Assembly (NCBI GenBank): GCA_964016885.1
Contig: OZ024760.1
Coordinates: 3,100,001-3,164,000 of the forward strand
Direction: 5' to 3'
Origin: Eledone cirrhosa
Lineage: Eukaryota
DNA length: 64,000 bases
Shown: piece after piece, positions 63,692-64,000 of the stretch
Layout: each line of letters begins with the position of its first letter
How positions within the stretch are numbered: the stretch's first letter is position 1
Notes under the pieces: generated by a model
What the model was told of the DNA's origin: nothing
What the model saw: the letters and a program-made list of their open reading frames with translations, nothing else
Databases searched by the model: none
Program-made: the position numbers and the translations under genes

Positions 63692-63890
63692 ACCCTTCTC
63701 CTACATCCATTATCAAATTTGTTTACCAAACAAGAGCAAATCCCAATTAAACTATATTACATTTTAAATATATTTTTTCAGGTTGTTAAGGCACTAAAAT
63801 CAATCGATCACACTATTGGTGTATTGATGAACAAATTATTTGATGAAGGTCTGGAAAATTGTATTGATATTGTGATTGTAGCAGATCATG
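1964..63890 (+). CDS. ENPP: Multi-exon ENPP1/2/3-like gene, partial (both ends outside window): NUC domain followed in frame by a PDE domain; 12 exons listed separately
   Basis: Manual splicing at AG/GT sites gives a stop-free frame with ENPP motifs [86 protein letters not shown]. All 11 intron phases are compatible. Confidence 0.93.
2779..2999 (+). mobile_element. tRNA-head CORE-type SINE with satellite-related 3' tail, copy 1
   Basis: A box TGGCTGAGTGG, B-box-like GAGTTTGATTCC, CORE-like TGTCCTTGAGCAAGGCACTT; flanked by (TA)n; homologous to 46242 and 61847. Confidence 0.85.
3029..3376 (+). mobile_element. tRNA-head CORE-type SINE with RTE-like 3' tail ending in (GAT)n
   Basis: A/B boxes, CORE-like block, tail GGTTGGTGTTAGGAAGGGCATCCAGCTGTAG shared with the RTE copies; homologous to 58856 and 61492. 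Confidence 0.85.
3567..3680. repeat. (GAT/AAT)n microsatellite
   Basis: Direct reading. Confidence 0.9.
4460..4693 (-). mobile_element. Degenerate tRNA/CORE-type SINE
   Basis: Reverse complement reads GGCATGTGGCCTAGTGG...GGTTCAATTCC...TGTGTTCTTAAGCAAAACACTT. Confidence 0.75.
4790..6220 (+). mobile_element. Head-to-tail cluster of about 8 tRNA-derived SINE copies (Meta/MESC-like domain)
   Basis: Repeated GGATTGGCAGAATCGG...GAGTTCAAATCCCGCC GAGGTTAACTTTGCCTTTCATCCTTACGGGGTCGATAAAATAAAGTACCAG...(ATT)n. Domain name is recalled, not searched. Confidence 0.85.
6262..6385 (+). CDS. ENPP: ENPP exon B: [41 protein letters not shown]
   Basis: AG at 6260-61, donor G|GTGAG at 6386; phase 0 to 1. Resembles ENPP C..Y....NITYGFLYPP. 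Confidence 0.8.
6447..6846. repeat. (CAT/CAC)n microsatellite
   Basis: Direct reading. Confidence 0.95.
7010..7320 (-). mobile_element. RTE-clade LINE 3' fragment, degraded
   Basis: Minus strand reads [45 protein letters not shown]...RWLDNI...DRT*WR, the typical RTE ORF C-terminus. Confidence 0.75.
7200..8042. repeat. 123-bp tandem repeat, about 7 copies, derived from LINE coding sequence
   Basis: AATCTGTCCA recurs at 7201, 7324, 7447, 7570, 7693, 7816 and 7939. Confidence 0.95.
8216..8266 (+). CDS. ENPP: ENPP exon C: (D)[16 protein letters not shown]
   Basis: T-rich tract plus TAG acceptor, donor G|GTATG; phase 1 to 1. Matches ENPP TSNIVPMY..FK. Confidence 0.85.
8297..8560. repeat. (GTT/GAT)n low-complexity tract
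   Basis: Direct reading. Confidence 0.9.
8846..44170. repeat. Intronic 65-bp satellite array, about 543 copies (about 35.3 kb); unit AYAGTATCAGYAATGGAAAGACCAATGGAAACATTGTTTYCTTGGTSTGATCTGACAATCTACAG
   Basis: Strict 65-bp period (e.g. 9301 and 9366), single orientation, few variable positions. Confidence 0.99.
44293..44431 (+). CDS. ENPP: ENPP exon D: (G)[45 protein letters not shown]
   Basis: CAG acceptor, donor AG|GTGAGT; phase 1 to 2. Matches ENPP IW......KY....NVVSGPVFD region. Confidence 0.9.
44452..45060. repeat. Compound microsatellite tract: (CAT/CGT)n, (CTT/CCT)n, (CA/TA/TG)n
   Basis: Direct reading. Confidence 0.9.
45190..46219 (-). mobile_element. 5'-truncated RTE-clade LINE: ORF C-terminus plus 3' UTR and (GAT)n tail
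   Basis: ORF 45695-46132 [20 protein letters not shown]...[11 protein letters not shown]...GRPRKTW; near-identical to the copies at 57.6, 59.6 and 62.5 kb. Confidence 0.92.
46242..46460 (+). mobile_element. CORE-type SINE with satellite-related tail, copy 2
   Basis: Homologous to 2779-2999; sits within (TA)n. Confidence 0.85.
46706..46862 (+). CDS. ENPP: ENPP exon E: (R)[52 protein letters not shown]
   Basis: CAG acceptor, donor ATG|GTAAG; phase 2 to 0. Matches IPTHFF.VLTSC...L.FILPH...ESC. Confidence 0.92.
46878..47048. mobile_element. Probable interspersed repeat fragment
   Basis: GC-richer segment GTAAAGACTCCCCTTCGGTCA...GCACCTAGAAAG resembling a common octopus retroelement tail (recalled, unverified). 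Confidence 0.4.
47408..47625 (+). CDS. ENPP: ENPP exon F, end of NUC plus linker: [72 protein letters not shown]
   Basis: TAG acceptor, donor GA|GTACGT; phase 0 to 2. Contains the ARVRDVELLTGLDF...LKTYLP C-terminal motif followed by an SW...C......C pre-PDE linker. Confidence 0.9.
48072..48258. repeat. 60-bp tandem repeat, about 3 copies
   Basis: TCCCAGAATGCCTGGCTAATGTGG recurs at 48081, 48141 and 48201. Confidence 0.92.
48283..48448 (+). CDS. ENPP: ENPP exon G, PDE start: (D)[55 protein letters not shown]
   Basis: CAG acceptor, donor ACC|GTAAGT; phase 2 to 0. Has the SLDGFR Zn ligand and the catalytic Thr in TFPNH. Confidence 0.95.
48515..49049 (+). mobile_element. Probable LINE (RTE-like) 3' end encoding three C2H2 zinc fingers
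   Basis: ORF 48644-48952 has CSIC..HLRSH, CQAC..HARVH and CQLC..HIRLQH, followed by a short 3' UTR and a (CAT)n tail. No usable place in the ENPP splice chain. Confidence 0.65.
49218..49448 (+). mobile_element. piggyBac-like MITE copy (right end degenerate)
   Basis: Starts TTAA-CCCTTT; homologous to 57013-57241. Confidence 0.75.
49598..49826 (-). mobile_element. piggyBac-like MITE copy, inverted relative to 49218
   Basis: TTAA-CCCTTT...AAAGGG-TTAA ends; interior is the reverse complement of the 49218 copy. Confidence 0.8.
50085..50268 (+). mobile_element. Meta/MESC-like SINE ending just before the exon H acceptor
   Basis: Same body as the 4790-6220 cluster. Confidence 0.8.
50288..50398 (+). 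CDS. ENPP: ENPP exon H: [37 protein letters not shown]
   Basis: CAG acceptor, donor CCG|GTAAG; phase 0 to 0. Matches GLYPESHGII.N.MYD motif. Confidence 0.95.
50437..51558. repeat. 70-bp minisatellite, about 16 copies
   Basis: TATGATCTACTTATAGTAAA recurs every 70 bp (50461, 50531...). Confidence 0.97.
51702..51883 (+). mobile_element. Meta/MESC-like SINE
   Basis: Same family body. Confidence 0.8.
52226..52292 (+). CDS. ENPP: ENPP exon I: [22 protein letters not shown]
   Basis: Poly-T plus TAG acceptor, donor A|GTAAGT; phase 0 to 1. Aligns to ENPP IW.T...QGLK..TFFWPGSDV. Confidence 0.85.
52300..52771. repeat. Compound (TA/CA)n repeat with a higher-order unit; resumes at 53380-53492
   Basis: Recurrent CATACACACACTATTATATA and GTGTCTGTATA blocks. 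Confidence 0.9.
52772..53379 (-). mobile_element. About 600-bp GC-richer insertion in (TA)n, possibly a LINE 5' region
   Basis: Sharp composition change with the same compound repeat on both sides; minus strand has CTAGGAGAAGGAAAACTCTGA, reminiscent of RTE 5' UTRs. Confidence 0.45.
53491..53706. repeat. Foldback inverted repeat (about 80-bp arms, about 55-bp spacer), MITE-like
   Basis: AAACAATGCACTAGAAAGAAAATTAAAATTGCTAAGATAACAAAA versus TTTTGTTATCTTAGCAATTTTTATTTTCTTTCCAGTGCATTGTTT. Confidence 0.85.
54268..54982. mobile_element. Meta/MESC-like SINE cluster: one - copy (54268-54455) and two + copies (54588-54982)
   Basis: Family body on both strands; 29-bp head segment triplicated at 54600-54685. 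Confidence 0.8.
55164..55197 (+). CDS. ENPP: ENPP micro-exon J (34 nt): (K)[10 protein letters not shown](P)
   Basis: TTTTCCTGCAG acceptor, donor CC|GTGAGT; phase 1 to 2 exactly bridges exons I and K. Aligns to ENPP P..Y..YN. Confidence 0.8.
55228..55542. repeat. Degenerate short-period repeat (CCCTATAGTTTCC-like)
   Basis: Recurrent CCTATAG/CCTATGA motifs; similar remnants near 45065 and 46530. Confidence 0.65.
55692..55810 (+). mobile_element. Degenerate CORE-type SINE
   Basis: TGTGGCCCAATAGTTAAG...TTCGATTCC...TGTGTCCTTGAGCAACACACTT. Confidence 0.7.
56050..56792. repeat. About 25-bp minisatellite (CAGTACTTTATAAACACACATCTCA) with an interspersed variant unit
   Basis: 25-bp period (56111, 56136, 56161...); runs up to the exon K acceptor. 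Confidence 0.92.
56801..56927 (+). CDS. ENPP: ENPP exon K: [42 protein letters not shown]
   Basis: TTTTTAG acceptor, donor AAG|GTTTGT; phase 2 to 0. Has the YxEEPDxxGH Zn-binding motif. Confidence 0.93.
57013..57241 (+). mobile_element. Complete piggyBac-like MITE (about 220 bp)
   Basis: TTAA target duplications and CCCTTTAGCATTTA / TAAATGCAAAAGGG terminal inverted repeats. Confidence 0.85.
57578..58720 (+). mobile_element. RTE-clade LINE copy A (5'-truncated, frameshifted near 57778) with a Cys/His-rich PHD-like segment
   Basis: [26 protein letters not shown]...FTCGRC, then FRYLG...GSETW...LRWYGH; (GAT)n tail. Confidence 0.92.
58856..59169 (+). mobile_element. CORE-type SINE with RTE-like tail
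   Basis: Homologous to 3029; nearly identical to 61492-61808. Confidence 0.85.
59294..59350 (+). ncRNA. Type I hammerhead-ribozyme-like motif with a variant core, copy 1
   Basis: Stem I AAGGGCTTC/GAAGCCTTT, core ATGATGA...GAAA, stem III ACAG/CTGT, GUA triplet. C3 is replaced by A. Confidence 0.5.
59569..60553 (+). mobile_element. RTE-clade LINE copy B (premature TAG near 59691)
   Basis: Near-identical to copies A and C. Confidence 0.92.
60589..61378. mobile_element. About 790-bp insertion with identical direct terminal repeats of about 175 bp
   Basis: 60589-60763 matches 61204-61378; flanked by (TA)n. Confidence 0.75.
61492..61808 (+). mobile_element. CORE-type SINE with RTE-like tail (duplicate of 58856)
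   Basis: Near identity including upstream flank. Confidence 0.85.
61847..62070 (+). mobile_element. CORE-type SINE with satellite-related tail, copy 3
   Basis: Homologous to 2779 and 46242; absent from the paralogous (TA)n site at 59170-59207. Confidence 0.87.
62164..62220 (+). ncRNA. Hammerhead-like motif, copy 2
   Basis: Identical to 59294-59350. Confidence 0.5.
62481..63493 (+). mobile_element. RTE-clade LINE copy C (5'-truncated)
   Basis: ORF to 63098 [10 protein letters not shown]...GRPRKTW, plus 3' UTR and (GAT)n. Confidence 0.92.
63782..63890 (+). CDS. ENPP: ENPP exon L: [37 protein letters not shown]
   Basis: TTTTTTCAG acceptor, donor G|GTGAG. Has the (S/A)DHG Zn-binding motif. 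Confidence 0.95.
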
Positions 63891-64000
63891 GTGAGTTTTC
63901 TGCATTTTATTAAAAAGGCATCTGAAATTACTCTCTCTCTCTCTTTCTCTCTCGCGCGCACGCTATCTATCTATCTATCTATCTAATAAAGAAAGATATC

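Noticed and set aside
48283-63890. Separate second ENPP gene starting at exon G
   Set aside because: No start, signal or transmembrane exon is evident between 47653 and 48283. Exon F already encodes the pre-PDE linker and matches in phase.

Overview
Eukaryotic, AT-rich, repeat-dense animal DNA. The SINE, RTE-LINE and microsatellite landscape resembles an octopus (coleoid cephalopod) genome; that assignment is inference. The window lies inside one large + strand gene. I assembled 12 GT-AG exons (1964-63890, 1480 nt, about 493 codons) with fully consistent phases, encoding an ENPP1/2/3-type ectonucleotide pyrophosphatase/phosphodiesterase. Unusually, the nuclease-like (NUC) domain that normally ends ENPP1-3 has no stop here. 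It runs in frame through a Cys linker into another phosphodiesterase domain with intact catalytic motifs, suggesting a tandem multi-module ENPP. One 36-kb intron is almost filled by about 543 copies of a 65-bp hairpin-containing satellite, whose unit matches the 3' tail of a tRNA/CORE-SINE found three times elsewhere in the window. Other introns hold minisatellites (40, 123, 60, 70 and 25 bp), RTE-LINE fragments, SINE clusters, piggyBac-like MITEs, a LINE-mediated tandem duplication and two copies of a hammerhead-ribozyme-like motif. Most ORF-track entries are repeat artefacts.
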